From NCBI GenBank assembly GCA_963674735.2, contig CAXXQS010000002.1, positions 1,856,001-1,920,000 on the forward strand: a stretch of DNA of 64,000 bases. The letters are read 5' to 3'. Of the stretch, positions 28,880 through 39,465 are shown one piece after another. Each line of letters starts with the position of its first letter. Positions within the stretch are counted from its first letter, which is position 1. The translations under genes were made by a program, and so were the position numbers. Source of the stretch: Myxococcota bacterium. Lineage in GTDB: Bacteria; Myxococcota_A; SURF-8. Under the pieces are notes generated by a model. It saw only the letters and a program-made list of their open reading frames with translations, had not been told where the DNA came from and made no database searches.

Positions 28880-30169
28880 GCGCAGTTGCGGCCGTAGCGT
28901 TTGCCCGAGCCACAGCGTCCACGCGACGAACAGGCCGTTACGCGCCATCAATAGCGCCATGGCATGCGGTCTGAGCATGACCAGGTCGCGGTAGTAATGC
29001 GGGAAGAGCGCCCAGCTCAGCAGCAGAATGAGTGTCAGTCCGGCCAGTGACGCGGCCCGTTGCCTGCCGTCGAGCGGCAGCAGCAGCGCCAGCGGGATCA
29101 ACCAGAAAAAGTATTGGGGCGAGAAAACGTTGGATAAGGCCATGGCCGCAGCCAGCATGAGCAGTCCCGCCCACAAAGCCAGAGAAAGACCCGCCTCGGG
29201 GTCGGCGAAGGCGCGCCGCCGCCAGACGAACCAGCCGCAAAGCCCCGCCAAACCGGCCAGCAGCAACCCTGCGAAAAGCGTTTGCAAAACGGTCGAACCG
29301 GGAAAGAGCAGCGAAAGGGCGCGCGCCTCTTCGATCGGCACCAGCTTGGCATCGACGAAAATCGACAGCATGCCGATGGAGGCGGGAACCGATTCGAGTT
29401 GCAGGCCGCGTCCGCTTTGATAGGCGACGAAGCCGAACACGCCGTCTCCGGCCGCCAGCCAAAAAGGTACGAAGCCTATAAGAAGTCCACTTACTCCGGC
29501 GGCGAGTGGACCCCAAAACGCCTGTCCGCGCTTGGCGGGAGCGGCCGACATCCAGGCCCACAGCAGCAGCGGCGGGAGCAGCAATAGGGGCGTCAGTTTG
29601 AGCGCCACCGCCAGGCCGAGGATAGCCGCCCCCCACGAACGGCGACCGCAGGCCAGAAGCGCCACCGCCACCATCACCGTCGCCGCCACGGCCAGATCCA
29701 GGCGGTCGTACAGCAGGTCCGGTAACAGAAGCGGCAAGACCAGGTAGGGCGCGATCGTCAGCGCTTGTCGAATCGGTGTCGAATGGGGGCGCAGGCGGCG
29801 GATGGCGACGATCAACGCCAGCATGACGATGCCGTCGCAGACGGCCATGCAGGCGCGGAAGGCGCCGGTATAAGCGGTTTGGCTGAGGTCGCCGAACCAG
29901 CCCGCCAGCGTTGCGGGCAGGAGCATCACGGGGAGCATCAGGGGCGGGTATTCGAAATTTCGATCCAGGAAAAACGCCCCGAGTGTCTCGGCGTTTTGGA
30001 AGGCCTCGGCGTAGCTGAAATAGAGGCGCGTGTCGGAGAAACCGGCGTCGAAGCCGAAAAAAAACACCAGCCTGGAAAGGACGAAGAGCAGCAGCAAGCC
30101 GATCCACAACCGGAGGGAAGCCGGGCGGTCGAGTGGTTGATTGCTTGTGGGTAAACGGGTCGCCGTCAC
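28865..30169 (-). CDS. GT87-like (GT-C fold) multi-pass membrane glycosyltransferase
   Basis: [35 protein letters not shown]. Confidence 0.75.
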   Translation of the reverse strand: MTATRLPTSNQPLDRPASLRLWIGLLLLFVLSRLVFFFGFDAGFSDTRLYFSYAEAFQNAETLGAFFLDRNFEYPPLMLPVMLLPATLAGWFGDLSQTAYTGAFRACMAVCDGIVMLALIVAIRRLRPHSTPIRQALTIAPYLVLPLLLPDLLYDRLDLAVAATVMVAVALLACGRRSWGAAILGLAVALKLTPLLLLPPLLLWAWMSAAPAKRGQAFWGPLAAGVSGLLIGFVPFWLAAGDGVFGFVAYQSGRGLQLESVPASIGMLSIFVDAKLVPIEEARALSLLFPGSTVLQTLFAGLLLAGLAGLCGWFVWRRRAFADPEAGLSLALWAGLLMLAAAMALSNVFSPQYFFWLIPLALLLPLDGRQRAASLAGLTLILLLSWALFPHYYRDLVMLRPHAMALLMARNGLFVAWTLWLGQTLRPQLRSSRL

Positions 30170-31230
30170 CGGCTTTTACCGGAATCGGCGGGAGTCGCTT
30201 GGGTCGGGGTGGCTTTGTCCGCCTGCGCAGGCGGCGCATTTGGTTCGGGTGCGTTCATCGTCGGGACAACGGCCTTTTTAAATAAGCCCTGCTTGCTGCG
30301 TTCTTTGATGATCGCTTTGATTTTGGACGGGTCCAGGCTTCCGATACGGCCGATCAGGCCGAACAGGTCGGTGCGCAGCGGTTGGTTGCCGTCGTCGTAG
30401 CGCTCGATGAGAATCGCCAGCCGCCGCGCCTTGGCGTTGGGGTATACCGCGCGCAGGCGGTAGCCGCCCACTCCGGGTTCGTATTGCGATCCGGCATAGA
30501 GATTTTGCCGCTTCGGCGGCGAATCGGGGCCCTGGTCGCACACCAGGCTCAAGGTCAGCAGGGATTCGCGGCTTGTTGCGGCCGGATGCTCGGGGTCGTT
30601 TTTCGTCTCGCGCGTGGCCACCGACAGAAAGAGCGTCCCTTCTTTCCCGTCCGACAAATGAATCGGCCAGTCGCGGCTGCCGTCCAGGGTCTTTTGTCCG
30701 TCCTTTTCGTCGAAGCTTCCTTCATCCACCAGGGCTTCGATCGGGTCGGGGCGGTCGGAGAAATCGAATTTTTTCAAATGTTTGGCGGCTTTTCGGTTGA
30801 ATGTCTGCGCCGACCGGACCTCTTTCGACAGCTTCTGGCGCAACAAGCCTTGGCCGTCTTTCACCCGTCGACCGGTTACGGCGTCCAGCAGATGCAACAA
30901 CAGCTCGGGCTCGCCGTCGGCGTTGACCCGGCGCTCGCGATAGGCGAAGAAACGACCGCTGTCCGACCACCCGATGACGGCATCATCGGACCCCTCGGGC
31001 AAGGACCATCCGTCCGGTTGCGGGGGCTGTTCGCTTGTTTGCGAGATCGTGCTCGCGGCTTGCGGGGCGGGGGTGTTCGTGAATGTCGCCTCCAGCCAGT
31101 CGCGCATGGCTTCACAACCCAGCAGGGCAACGGCAAGCGCTAGGCAAACGGCCAGTCGTCCCACTCCCAGCCGGATTTCGTAGGCGCGTCGAGTTTCGGA
31201 TCGGTTATGCCGCTGTGCCGATTCTGTCAT
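30166..31230 (-). CDS. hypothetical lipoprotein
   Basis: Lipobox LLGC; GWSDSGRFFAY beta-rich segment; RBS GAGG; stop overlaps the next start. Confidence 0.7.
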   Translation of the reverse strand: MTESAQRHNRSETRRAYEIRLGVGRLAVCLALAVALLGCEAMRDWLEATFTNTPAPQAASTISQTSEQPPQPDGWSLPEGSDDAVIGWSDSGRFFAYRERRVNADGEPELLLHLLDAVTGRRVKDGQGLLRQKLSKEVRSAQTFNRKAAKHLKKFDFSDRPDPIEALVDEGSFDEKDGQKTLDGSRDWPIHLSDGKEGTLFLSVATRETKNDPEHPAATSRESLLTLSLVCDQGPDSPPKRQNLYAGSQYEPGVGGYRLRAVYPNAKARRLAILIERYDDGNQPLRTDLFGLIGRIGSLDPSKIKAIIKERSKQGLFKKAVVPTMNAPEPNAPPAQADKATPTQATPADSGKSR

Positions 31231-31376
31231 GGTCATTCCTCTTTCGCTTTTTTCGTCGCCGGCACGTGCCGAGCGCGTCGAGACGATCCCCGCTGAAAAC
31301 GCATTGGATGTTCCTCGGTTTAGCTTGTCTCTTTGTATCGACCTTCGGCTTGCGCGTCAAGTGTTCCCCCTTCGAT

Positions 31377-31553
31377 GGCGTTTCAATTCTAAGCTTTTCA
31401 CCGTTTTCCACCCACTATCATTCGGTTTACGGGGTGCCATGGGCAAAGCCTTTGGCTTGCCCATGCTGTTTTCACGGGCAAACCTGACGGTTTAGCCCGT
31501 GCCACCCATCATCGATCGAAGATTATTCGAGACTCAATCAGAATTGAAACGCC
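31377..31553. mobile_element. 177-bp MITE/REP-like structured element, copy 1
   Basis: 14-bp terminal inverted repeat GGCGTTTCAATTCT/AGAATTGAAACGCC; inverted near-identical copy at 52610-52786. Confidence 0.8.
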
Positions 31554-31707
31554 CTACCCATCTTCGATGGCAAGTTGGCGACCTATCCGGTTAAAAATTC
31601 ATGACAAAACGCGTCTCATGGTTGACGCAGCCGGGTTCGATCCGTAGAATGGCGACGCTTCGCAATTGGGCGAAATTTGTTTTCGATCCGCTACAGGAGT
31701 CTGTTTG

Positions 31708-33474
31708 ATGGCTGTCTCCGACACCCGCTCGATTCTCGGTCGCCGACCCTGTTTGGCGTGGGGGCTGGTGTTGCTGGCGGCCTTTATTCCGCATGCCCCT
31801 TATCTTTTCACCTATTTTTTCATGGACGATTACTGGCATCTGAGCTTCATTCTCGACGGTGACTACATCTTTTCCACCTGGAGTGTGGGCCGAGACACGA
31901 TCAACCAGCTTTGGTACATGACGCCGGAAGTCTTTCCGCAAATGGGTTGGGTCGAGGAGGTGCGGCTGTATTTTCGGCCGTTTTTCGCTGCCGGTTTGGT
32001 GCTGGATTACAAGCTGTTCGGCTTATGGGCTCCCGGCTGGCATTTGCATAGTCTGTTATGGCATCTGCTCAACGTCGCGTTGCTGTTCAGCCTGTTGCGG
32101 CGGATGGGCGTCGATTCCGCCCGCGCCGTCTTGGCGGCCGTGGCGTTGGGTTTGCATCCCGTGGCGGTTGAGCCGGTGGGTTGGATTTCGGCCCGCTGCT
32201 ATCTGCAACTGACCGCCTGCCTGTTGTCGGCCACGCACTTCTGGCTGTCGTATCAGTCAAGTGGCCGTATCCGCTGGCAATTTCTGCACTTGGGAGTCTA
32301 CTTGCTGGCGTTGGGCAGTCACGAGGTGGCTTTGGTCTACCCGGCCGTTTTGGGGACGTTCTCCCTCGTTCGGCGTCGTCGGGGCGATATCCCGAAGAAT
32401 TGGGCCTGGGTGCCTACTCTGCTTGTGGCGCTGGGCTTTTTCTCCTGGCGACTCGTCGATCAGAGCGGCGACGGGGCGTGGTCCATGGCGACTTCGAACT
32501 TCGGAGCCTTCAAGATTTACGGGCCGTTGGCGGTTTTGGGATACAACCTGGCGCAATATACGAAACTGGCGCTGATCGGTTTTCCGACGGTCGGCTTTGT
32601 GGCGCTCGATCCCCCCTTATCGGCGGGGTGGACTGTGGCTTTGTTGATCGGCGTACCCGTGGCGCTGCTGTGGGGTTGGCGTTGGCGTGAGCGGCGGGCC
32701 TTGCTGTGGTGGGCCTGGTCGTTTTTCTTCGTGGCGGTGATTCTATGGATTCCGTCATCCGGACGTTATCTGTACCCGGCTGCTCCCGGATTGGCGGCTT
32801 GTCTGGCGCTGGCTCTTCCGGCTCGCGCGACTCTCTCTCGCGTGTGGGCCACGCTTTTACGTGTCGGGTTGCCGCTGCTGGTCGCGTTCTGGATGTTCCT
32901 CAGCCTGGTTTTCGCCCTGGCCTCGTTGCCCACCCATCGCGTGATCCAAACCGGTATGCAGGACATTCGTCAGGCGCTGGCCGAACACCCGCAGGCCGAA
33001 GACCTCTATCTCTTCCACCTTTGGCCGTTGGTGGTCAATTCCGAAGGATTTATTGGCGAGTTGTCGGGACGGCCGCATCTCAAGGTGCATGTCATGACCT
33101 ACGCCAGCAGTCTGCATGTGCCCGATATGTCGGAGGCGATGCGGCGGTTGACGCTGTGGGTTTACCCCATCGACCCCAAATGGATGGAGCCGCTGGAGAT
33201 TACCACGCAGCGGCTCAACGATAACGAAATGTACGTCAAATCCGTTCCTTACGGGTTTTTCACCGGTCCGGCGGCCTTCGGCTGGAACCGGCAGTCGCTC
33301 CCGGTTCGCCCCCACCAGCGGATCGATCTGCCGCAGATGACGGTGCGCAGCGGACCGCTCGGTCCGGAAAGCGGCGTGCGCTGGCTGCGTTTTGCCTTCA
33401 AACGCCCGTTGAACGACCCACGCAATTTGTGGATGGTCTGGCGGGACGGGCATCTGCAAGTCTGGGAGCCGTGA
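31708..33474 (+). CDS. multi-pass membrane protein, GT-C fold (PMT/TMTC-like glycosyltransferase)
   Basis: FFMDDY, YFRP, WHLHSLLWHLLN, LHPVAVEPVGWISAR, SHE, RYLYP. Confidence 0.75.
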   Translation: MAVSDTRSILGRRPCLAWGLVLLAAFIPHAPYLFTYFFMDDYWHLSFILDGDYIFSTWSVGRDTINQLWYMTPEVFPQMGWVEEVRLYFRPFFAAGLVLDYKLFGLWAPGWHLHSLLWHLLNVALLFSLLRRMGVDSARAVLAAVALGLHPVAVEPVGWISARCYLQLTACLLSATHFWLSYQSSGRIRWQFLHLGVYLLALGSHEVALVYPAVLGTFSLVRRRRGDIPKNWAWVPTLLVALGFFSWRLVDQSGDGAWSMATSNFGAFKIYGPLAVLGYNLAQYTKLALIGFPTVGFVALDPPLSAGWTVALLIGVPVALLWGWRWRERRALLWWAWSFFFVAVILWIPSSGRYLYPAAPGLAACLALALPARATLSRVWATLLRVGLPLLVAFWMFLSLVFALASLPTHRVIQTGMQDIRQALAEHPQAEDLYLFHLWPLVVNSEGFIGELSGRPHLKVHVMTYASSLHVPDMSEAMRRLTLWVYPIDPKWMEPLEITTQRLNDNEMYVKSVPYGFFTGPAAFGWNRQSLPVRPHQRIDLPQMTVRSGPLGPESGVRWLRFAFKRPLNDPRNLWMVWRDGHLQVWEP

Positions 33475-33555
33475 CACAATTCCCCGTTAGCGGTGTTACT
33501 AAAAGTGGAATGAAATCAAATTGCTTGTCTCCGGACGAGCTGTGGGATATACTTA

Positions 33556-34491
33556 ATGGAACGTTTTTGTCAGCAAATGGAGCCATTCAAAATTACACGA
33601 TATTTATTATGTCTCGCCGTATTGTGGCTGTGGGTGCTGGGGTCGGTTTGTCTGGCGGAGGAGAAGCTCGCTTTCGAGGTCCGCGAGGAAATAGACCTCT
33701 CGACCCGCATTACCATGATGAACGTCAATGTCGGTGAGGTGGTGCGCGCGGTGCGGCTGAACGCGAAGCGGGATCGGCTGCAGATCCTGTTCAATCTGGA
33801 TGTCGATATTTCCTACCTGGTCGGTTCCTATCATCGCCATTGCAAGGTCGACGCCTGGTACGACAAAGAAGGTTTGCGGGAATTCACTACGGATCTCGAT
33901 GAGGATGGCCAGATCACTCAGCTTTCGGGAAAACGCAAGCTGAATATTCTGCTCAAGCCGGTGATTCACATCAAGGGGACGGTGAAAGGGGAGCCTTTCA
34001 ACCGGGAAGTGTTAACCGATGCCTTCGTCTATACGAACATCGAACGTTCCGAATATGTGACCGCGCTAACCCGGCGCGTCAATACCTGGAATATTTTGAA
34101 TCTGTTCACGGGTGAAATCGAGCGTTTTACCTTCACGCCCAGTGGGATTGTCGAATGTCCCGATCCCGGTATCGGCGAGTGTTACCGCGTCAGCCATCAT
34201 AGCGCTACGCGGGAAGGGTTGTTTCATTTTACCCTGGACGGCTTGATGGTGCTCGGCAAAGGCGAAGATGAGTTGGGCTCTTTTCGCCTGAAACAACACC
34301 AAGTTACTCAGAACGGAACGGACACCGATCCGGATTCCATGCGTGTGAATATTCGGTCGACCGATCAAGGTAATGGCGGTGGGTCGAACGAACCGGCGGC
34401 GGCCCGGGCGATCAAGGGATTTTTCGAGCGGTTTTGGGAATCGGGCGAGGAAGGGGCCGACTCGCCACCCGATTCCGAGAAAAAGGATTAG
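33556..34491 (+). CDS. hypothetical secreted beta-rich protein
   Basis: Signal peptide ..VLGSVCLA-EE; start could be 33577. Confidence 0.7.
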   Translation: MERFCQQMEPFKITRYLLCLAVLWLWVLGSVCLAEEKLAFEVREEIDLSTRITMMNVNVGEVVRAVRLNAKRDRLQILFNLDVDISYLVGSYHRHCKVDAWYDKEGLREFTTDLDEDGQITQLSGKRKLNILLKPVIHIKGTVKGEPFNREVLTDAFVYTNIERSEYVTALTRRVNTWNILNLFTGEIERFTFTPSGIVECPDPGIGECYRVSHHSATREGLFHFTLDGLMVLGKGEDELGSFRLKQHQVTQNGTDTDPDSMRVNIRSTDQGNGGGSNEPAAARAIKGFFERFWESGEEGADSPPDSEKKD

Positions 34492-34529
34492 TCTCACTCG
34501 CGGTGATTCGGTTGAAAATGGGGGTTGTG

Positions 34530-34937
34530 ATGAACGGACGTCAGGGCTGCGGCGCTTGCGGGGGAATGACGCTGATTGATCTGATGGTGGTGGTGGTCAT
34601 TGTCGGGATTTTGGTGACGATCGGATTTTCCGCTTACGGCGGGTATGTCAAACGGTCGCGGGAGGCGGAAGCCGTCAATGCGTTGGGATCCATCATGACC
34701 GCCCAGCAAACCTACATTTCCGATCCCGCCTACGGCAATGGCCATTATGCTCCCGATCTCGAAACCTTGAAGTGGGTGTTGACCGAAACCGGTCAGACGG
34801 TCGGTGTGGCTCCCGCCTTTTATACTTACGGAACCGATGCCGATCATTCCTGGGCGAGGACCGACGAACGCGAGTTTGTCGTACACCCCACGATCTTTCT
34901 GGATCACCAAGGCAAGATGACCTACAAACCCGAATAA
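34530..34937 (+). CDS. type IV pilin-like protein
   Basis: G|MTLIDLMVVVVIVGILVTIG..Y..YVKRSR..EA..LGSI..AQQTY. Confidence 0.85.
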   Translation: MNGRQGCGACGGMTLIDLMVVVVIVGILVTIGFSAYGGYVKRSREAEAVNALGSIMTAQQTYISDPAYGNGHYAPDLETLKWVLTETGQTVGVAPAFYTYGTDADHSWARTDEREFVVHPTIFLDHQGKMTYKPE

Positions 34938-35024
34938 CGAATCCGGGCTTGCCTGGAGCCTCGATCCGGGGTATTGCTAAAGCCTAGATCCACACACGAA
35001 CCGCCAGCGGGGCGCACGAATATC

Positions 35025-36032
35025 ATGACGGACACGATTTTATCTTTCCTTTGTTTTATCCTGGCTTTTGGCTTCGCCCTCTATTTTGTCCCCGTTTTCC
35101 GTCAGGCTGCCATGAAGTGGGGTGTCGTGGACAAGCCCGATGGCCGTTTGAAGCATCAACGCGCGCCGGTCCCTTATCTGGGCGGCATCGGGGTGTATAT
35201 CGCCTTTTTATTGGCCTTGAGTTTCGTGTTCGAGTTTTCCCCGCAGGTGCTCGGCCTCCTTTTATCGGGCACCATCATGCTTTTGATCGGGTTGGTGGAC
35301 GATTTCGGGGTGCTCGCACCCTATCAGAAACTGGCCGGGCAGTTTCTGGCAACCTTTGTTCTGATCAAATCCGGGGTTTACATCAAAGTGGAATTTTTCC
35401 CCGTCTGGGTGGCGATTCCGCTGACCGCCATCTGGATGGTGGGGGTTATCAATGCCATCAACATCATCGACATCTCGGACGGCCTGTCGTCGGGGGTGGC
35501 CTTCTGCGCCTCTCTCATGCTGTTTGTCATCGCGCTTTTAAACCACAATATCACCATCGCGATTTTGACCATTGCGTTGGCCGGAGCCATCTTGGGCTTT
35601 CTCATCTTCAATTGGCAACCGGCCAAGGTGTACCTTGGGGATACCGGCTCGCTCTTCATCGGCTTGATGCTGGGAGCGCTTTCGATGATCGGCTCATATA
35701 CGAAAGACAACCCGGTGGCCTATGTCGCGCCGGTCCTGCTGCTCGGCGTTCCGATTTTCGACACGTTCTTCGTAATCGTGATGCGCGCTAAAAAAGGGCT
35801 TCATCCCTTTCTGGGCAGTCCCGACCATTTCGCCATCCGCTTGAAACGGACGTTCGGGTGGAGCGCTCAGCGGGTGGCGCTGATTTCGTGTGCCGCGACA
35901 CTCGTTCTGGGTGGTATCGCCATTCTGATCATGTTCCTCGATCCCTTCAGTTCCCTGGCCATCCTGGCTGTCCTGGCCGTTTTCGCCATCGGATTGGCGC
36001 TGTGGATGAACCGCCTGGAGCCGACGTCATGA
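35025..36032 (+). CDS. WecA/TagO-like polyprenyl-phosphate sugar-1-phosphate transferase (MraY superfamily)
   Basis: DKPDGRLKH, PYLGG, GLVDD, INAINIIDISDGL, YLGDTGS. Confidence 0.9.
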   Translation: MTDTILSFLCFILAFGFALYFVPVFRQAAMKWGVVDKPDGRLKHQRAPVPYLGGIGVYIAFLLALSFVFEFSPQVLGLLLSGTIMLLIGLVDDFGVLAPYQKLAGQFLATFVLIKSGVYIKVEFFPVWVAIPLTAIWMVGVINAINIIDISDGLSSGVAFCASLMLFVIALLNHNITIAILTIALAGAILGFLIFNWQPAKVYLGDTGSLFIGLMLGALSMIGSYTKDNPVAYVAPVLLLGVPIFDTFFVIVMRAKKGLHPFLGSPDHFAIRLKRTFGWSAQRVALISCAATLVLGGIAILIMFLDPFSSLAILAVLAVFAIGLALWMNRLEPTS

Positions 36033-37207
36033 CATCGCGCATCCCGGTTGTCCAGATCATCACGCATCTGCCGCCGGGAGGGGCTCAACGAGTGGCGTTG
36101 ACCCTGGCGCAGGGGCTCGACCCGACGCGTTTCGACGCCCATCTGATCGCCGGTCCGCGCGGGGATTGGACCGCGTTGGCGCAAAAGCGGCTCGGCGCGG
36201 CTTTTCATCCGGCCCACCACCTGCAACGCGAGTTGTCCCCGTATCACGACACTCGGGTGATCGTCGAGTTGACGGCGATTCTCCGGCGCATCGCCTCGAG
36301 ACATCCGCGCGGTTTCGCCATCGTCAACACGCATGCGCCCAAGGCGGGTGTGGCGGGACGGTTGGCGGCGCGGCTGTTGGGGCTGGCCCCGGTTCACACC
36401 TTGCACGGGTTGCCGTTTTATGCGCAGCAGAGTGAAAACAGGCGGCGAGCCTACCGCGCCTTCGAGCGGCTGGGCTACTTGAGCGGGGGAGAAACGGTCA
36501 GTGTGACGCGCCGCAATCTGCGGGCGGTGCTCGATGCGGGCTGGGTGGCTCCACGCCACGCCCGCGTGATTCCGCCCTGTGTGGATTCGGATCGATTGGC
36601 TCCCCGCCGTGGAAAGCGTCGGCTTCTGCCGCGCTACGGGATACCCGAAAGCGCTCGCGTTATCGGCGTGGTGGCCAGCCTGAAACCGCCCAAGGATCTG
36701 CTTGGCTTCGTGCGGGCGGCGGCGACGGTGATGAACGAACGCCCCGACGTCCACGTGGTGATCGCCGGTGACGGCGAGCAGCGACCGGCCATCGAACAGG
36801 CGATCGACAATGCCGGGCTCACCGAGCGCGTTACCTTGGCGGGCTGGGTCGATCCCATCGAGGAATTGTACCCGGAATTCGATGTGTTCGTTTTACCCAC
36901 GTTTTCCGAAGGTTTGCCCCTGACGTTGGTGGAGGCGCGCGCCTGTGGTGTACCCGTGATCGCGTCGGCTGTCGGCGGGATTCCCGAACTCATTCGCGAC
37001 GGGGTGAACGGCTTGCTGGTTCCGCCCGGCGAACCGGTGGCCTTGAGCGCCGCTCTGCGACGTCTTCTCGACGACTCCGACCTGCGTTCGCGTCTGATCG
37101 CGGAGGGCTTGACCGGATTGGAACGCTATTCCTCCCAAGCCATGCTGCGGGCCTACCAGGATCTCTATCAAGTGATCGCCGCGCGGGCGGGGGCGTTGGA
37201 TTGCTAA
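36029..37207 (+). CDS. GT4 (GT-B) glycosyltransferase
   Basis: GGAQR, HTLHG, FVLPTFSEGLP..VEA..G.PVIAS.VGG; ATGA overlap. Confidence 0.92.
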   Translation: MTSRIPVVQIITHLPPGGAQRVALTLAQGLDPTRFDAHLIAGPRGDWTALAQKRLGAAFHPAHHLQRELSPYHDTRVIVELTAILRRIASRHPRGFAIVNTHAPKAGVAGRLAARLLGLAPVHTLHGLPFYAQQSENRRRAYRAFERLGYLSGGETVSVTRRNLRAVLDAGWVAPRHARVIPPCVDSDRLAPRRGKRRLLPRYGIPESARVIGVVASLKPPKDLLGFVRAAATVMNERPDVHVVIAGDGEQRPAIEQAIDNAGLTERVTLAGWVDPIEELYPEFDVFVLPTFSEGLPLTLVEARACGVPVIASAVGGIPELIRDGVNGLLVPPGEPVALSAALRRLLDDSDLRSRLIAEGLTGLERYSSQAMLRAYQDLYQVIAARAGALDC

Positions 37208-37213
37208 CGAGCT

Positions 37214-38068
37214 TCAGCCGAGTCGCGCTTTCAGATCCTCCAACAGACTGTACACCACTCGCAGGTTGCCGCGTCCGCTGCGTAACTGGATGGCGGGCTG
37301 CGGTGCGCCGTGAAAGTCGCTGCCGCCGGTGACGGCCAGCTTGTAGCGTTGGGCCATGCCGACGAACGAGGCGGTGTCGGCGTCGCTGTGATCGCTGTAG
37401 AGGCATTCCAGACCGTCCAGCCCGGCTTCGACGAGCCCGGCAACCAGCGGTTCCAACTCGCTGCGGTCTTTGACGGCGTAACCCGGATGGGCCAGGACGG
37501 CCAGTCCGCCTGCGGCGTGGATACGGGCGATGCCGTCTTCAAGCGGCAGGGGCGACTTGGCGATGTAGGCCGGTTTGCCTTTGCCCAGGTAGCGGTCGAA
37601 CACCTCTTGGAAAGTTTTCACGACGCCCCGTTTGACGAGCAGGGCGGCCACGTGGGGACGTCCCAGGTTTTCGGGCTGAATGCCCGTTCCGGTGGATTCC
37701 AGGACATCTGCTTCGCTGATGGGGCCGACCAGCTCCGACAGGCGCTCGAACATCAGCCGGTTGCGTTCGCGGCGACGGAGGCCGAGTTCCGTGATCCAGT
37801 CGCCGAATCCGCCCTTGGCCGGATCGATGAAGTAGCCGAGCAAATGGGCCGAGCCGCGATCGTGGGTAAGCGAGAGTTCGATCCCCGGCACGAATTCGAG
37901 GCCGAGTGTTTGCGCTTCGGCGGCGGCTTCGTCCAGACCGCCCAGGCTGTCGTGGTCGGTGAGAGCCACGGCGCGCAGACCGGCCGCATGGGCGGCGCGC
38001 ATGAGTTCGGCCGGGGTCAGGGAGCCGTCGGAGGCGGTGCTGTGAGTGTGCAGATCGATGAAGTCCAT
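37214..38068 (-). CDS. PHP-domain phosphoesterase (TrpH/YciV-like)
   Basis: DLHTHSTASDG, ALTDHD, GRPH, LAHP, GGSDFHG. Confidence 0.93.
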   Translation of the reverse strand: MDFIDLHTHSTASDGSLTPAELMRAAHAAGLRAVALTDHDSLGGLDEAAAEAQTLGLEFVPGIELSLTHDRGSAHLLGYFIDPAKGGFGDWITELGLRRRERNRLMFERLSELVGPISEADVLESTGTGIQPENLGRPHVAALLVKRGVVKTFQEVFDRYLGKGKPAYIAKSPLPLEDGIARIHAAGGLAVLAHPGYAVKDRSELEPLVAGLVEAGLDGLECLYSDHSDADTASFVGMAQRYKLAVTGGSDFHGAPQPAIQLRSGRGNLRVVYSLLEDLKARLG

Positions 38069-38082
38069 GTTTTATCTTTCCG

Positions 38083-39459
38083 TTAAAAAAGTTCGTCGAT
38101 GACACCGCTTATTTGGCGCACCGGCAGGATGGTGATGGTGTCGGGAATTTGATGCTTTGGACCGCGTAGCTGGGGTAGAACCGCGCGCGCGAATCCCATT
38201 TTGCTGGCTTCGGCCAGTCGTAATTCGGGCAAAGAGACGCTGCGCACCTCGCCTGCCAGGCCGACTTCACCGAAAACCAGTGTATCGGCGGGGATCGGTT
38301 TATCGACGAAGCTCGATACCAGGGCGCAGGCCACGCCCAGGTCTACCGCCGGTTCGGAAAGCCGGATGCCGCCCACCACGTTGACGAAAATGTCGCAGCC
38401 CAGCAGATCGAGTCCGCCTTTTTTCTCCAGGACGGCCGCCAGCAGTCCCACCCGGTTGGGGTCGAGGCCGATACAGGTGCGCCGCGCGGTGCCGTAGGTG
38501 GCGGGAGATACCAGCGCCTGCACTTCCACCAGCAGCGGGCGCGTGCCCTCGATGGAGACGGTGACCACCGAGCCGGGTTCGTCGGTGGCGCGTTCGGCCA
38601 GAAAAAGCTGGGAGGGGTTGGCCACTTCCACCAGTCCTTCGCGGGCCATCTCGAAGACGCCCACTTCGTTGGTGGAGCCGAACCGGTTCTTGGTGGCGCG
38701 CAGGACGCGGAAGGGGTAGCCGCGCTCACCCTCGAAGGTCAAAACGCAATCCACCATGTGCTCCACGACGCGCGGACCGGCCAGGCTGCCGTCTTTGGTG
38801 ACGTGTCCGACCAGAAGCGTGGCGATGCCTTCGCGCTTGGCCATGCCGAGCAGGCGGGCGACGGTTTCGCGTACCTGACTGACGCTGCCGGGAGCCGATG
38901 ACAGATCGCTGGTGAAGATGGTCTGGATGGAATCGACCGCCACGACGGAGGGCTTGACTTTGGCGATGGCGCGCAGAATTTTGGAAAGGTCGGTCTGTGC
39001 GGCGACGACCAGTTTTCGTTCCAGGGTTTCGAGCCGGTCGGCGCGGCGCTTCACTTGGCGTGGGGATTCCTCGCCGGTGATGTACAGCACGGTTTCTCCG
39101 GCGCGGGCCAGGCGTCCCAGCACTTGTAAAACCAGGGTGGATTTGCCCACGCCCGGATCGCCGCCGATCAGCAGCACCGAACCGGGCACCAGGCCGCCGC
39201 CGGTGACGCGGTCGAATTCGCCGATGTGGCAGCTCAGGCGCGGTTCCGACTCGGCGTCGAGATCCACGATGGAGACCGGTTCGGACGATAGGTCGTCGGT
39301 AATGCGCCAGCCCGTTTGGCGGGCATTGACGGCACCGGGATCGTCGAAGGTTTCTTCCACGAAGCTGTCCCAGGTTTGGCATTCGGGGCAGCGGCCCAGC
39401 CATTTGGGCGACTGTGCCCCGCAGTGCTGGCAGGTGTAAATCGTTTTCGCTTTGGCCAT
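38083..39459 (-). CDS. radA: DNA repair protein RadA/Sms
   Basis: N-terminal C4 zinc finger, GDPGVGKST, KNRFG. Confidence 0.97.
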   Translation of the reverse strand: MAKAKTIYTCQHCGAQSPKWLGRCPECQTWDSFVEETFDDPGAVNARQTGWRITDDLSSEPVSIVDLDAESEPRLSCHIGEFDRVTGGGLVPGSVLLIGGDPGVGKSTLVLQVLGRLARAGETVLYITGEESPRQVKRRADRLETLERKLVVAAQTDLSKILRAIAKVKPSVVAVDSIQTIFTSDLSSAPGSVSQVRETVARLLGMAKREGIATLLVGHVTKDGSLAGPRVVEHMVDCVLTFEGERGYPFRVLRATKNRFGSTNEVGVFEMAREGLVEVANPSQLFLAERATDEPGSVVTVSIEGTRPLLVEVQALVSPATYGTARRTCIGLDPNRVGLLAAVLEKKGGLDLLGCDIFVNVVGGIRLSEPAVDLGVACALVSSFVDKPIPADTLVFGEVGLAGEVRSVSLPELRLAEASKMGFARAVLPQLRGPKHQIPDTITILPVRQISGVIDELF

Positions 39460-39465
39460 CGGTGC

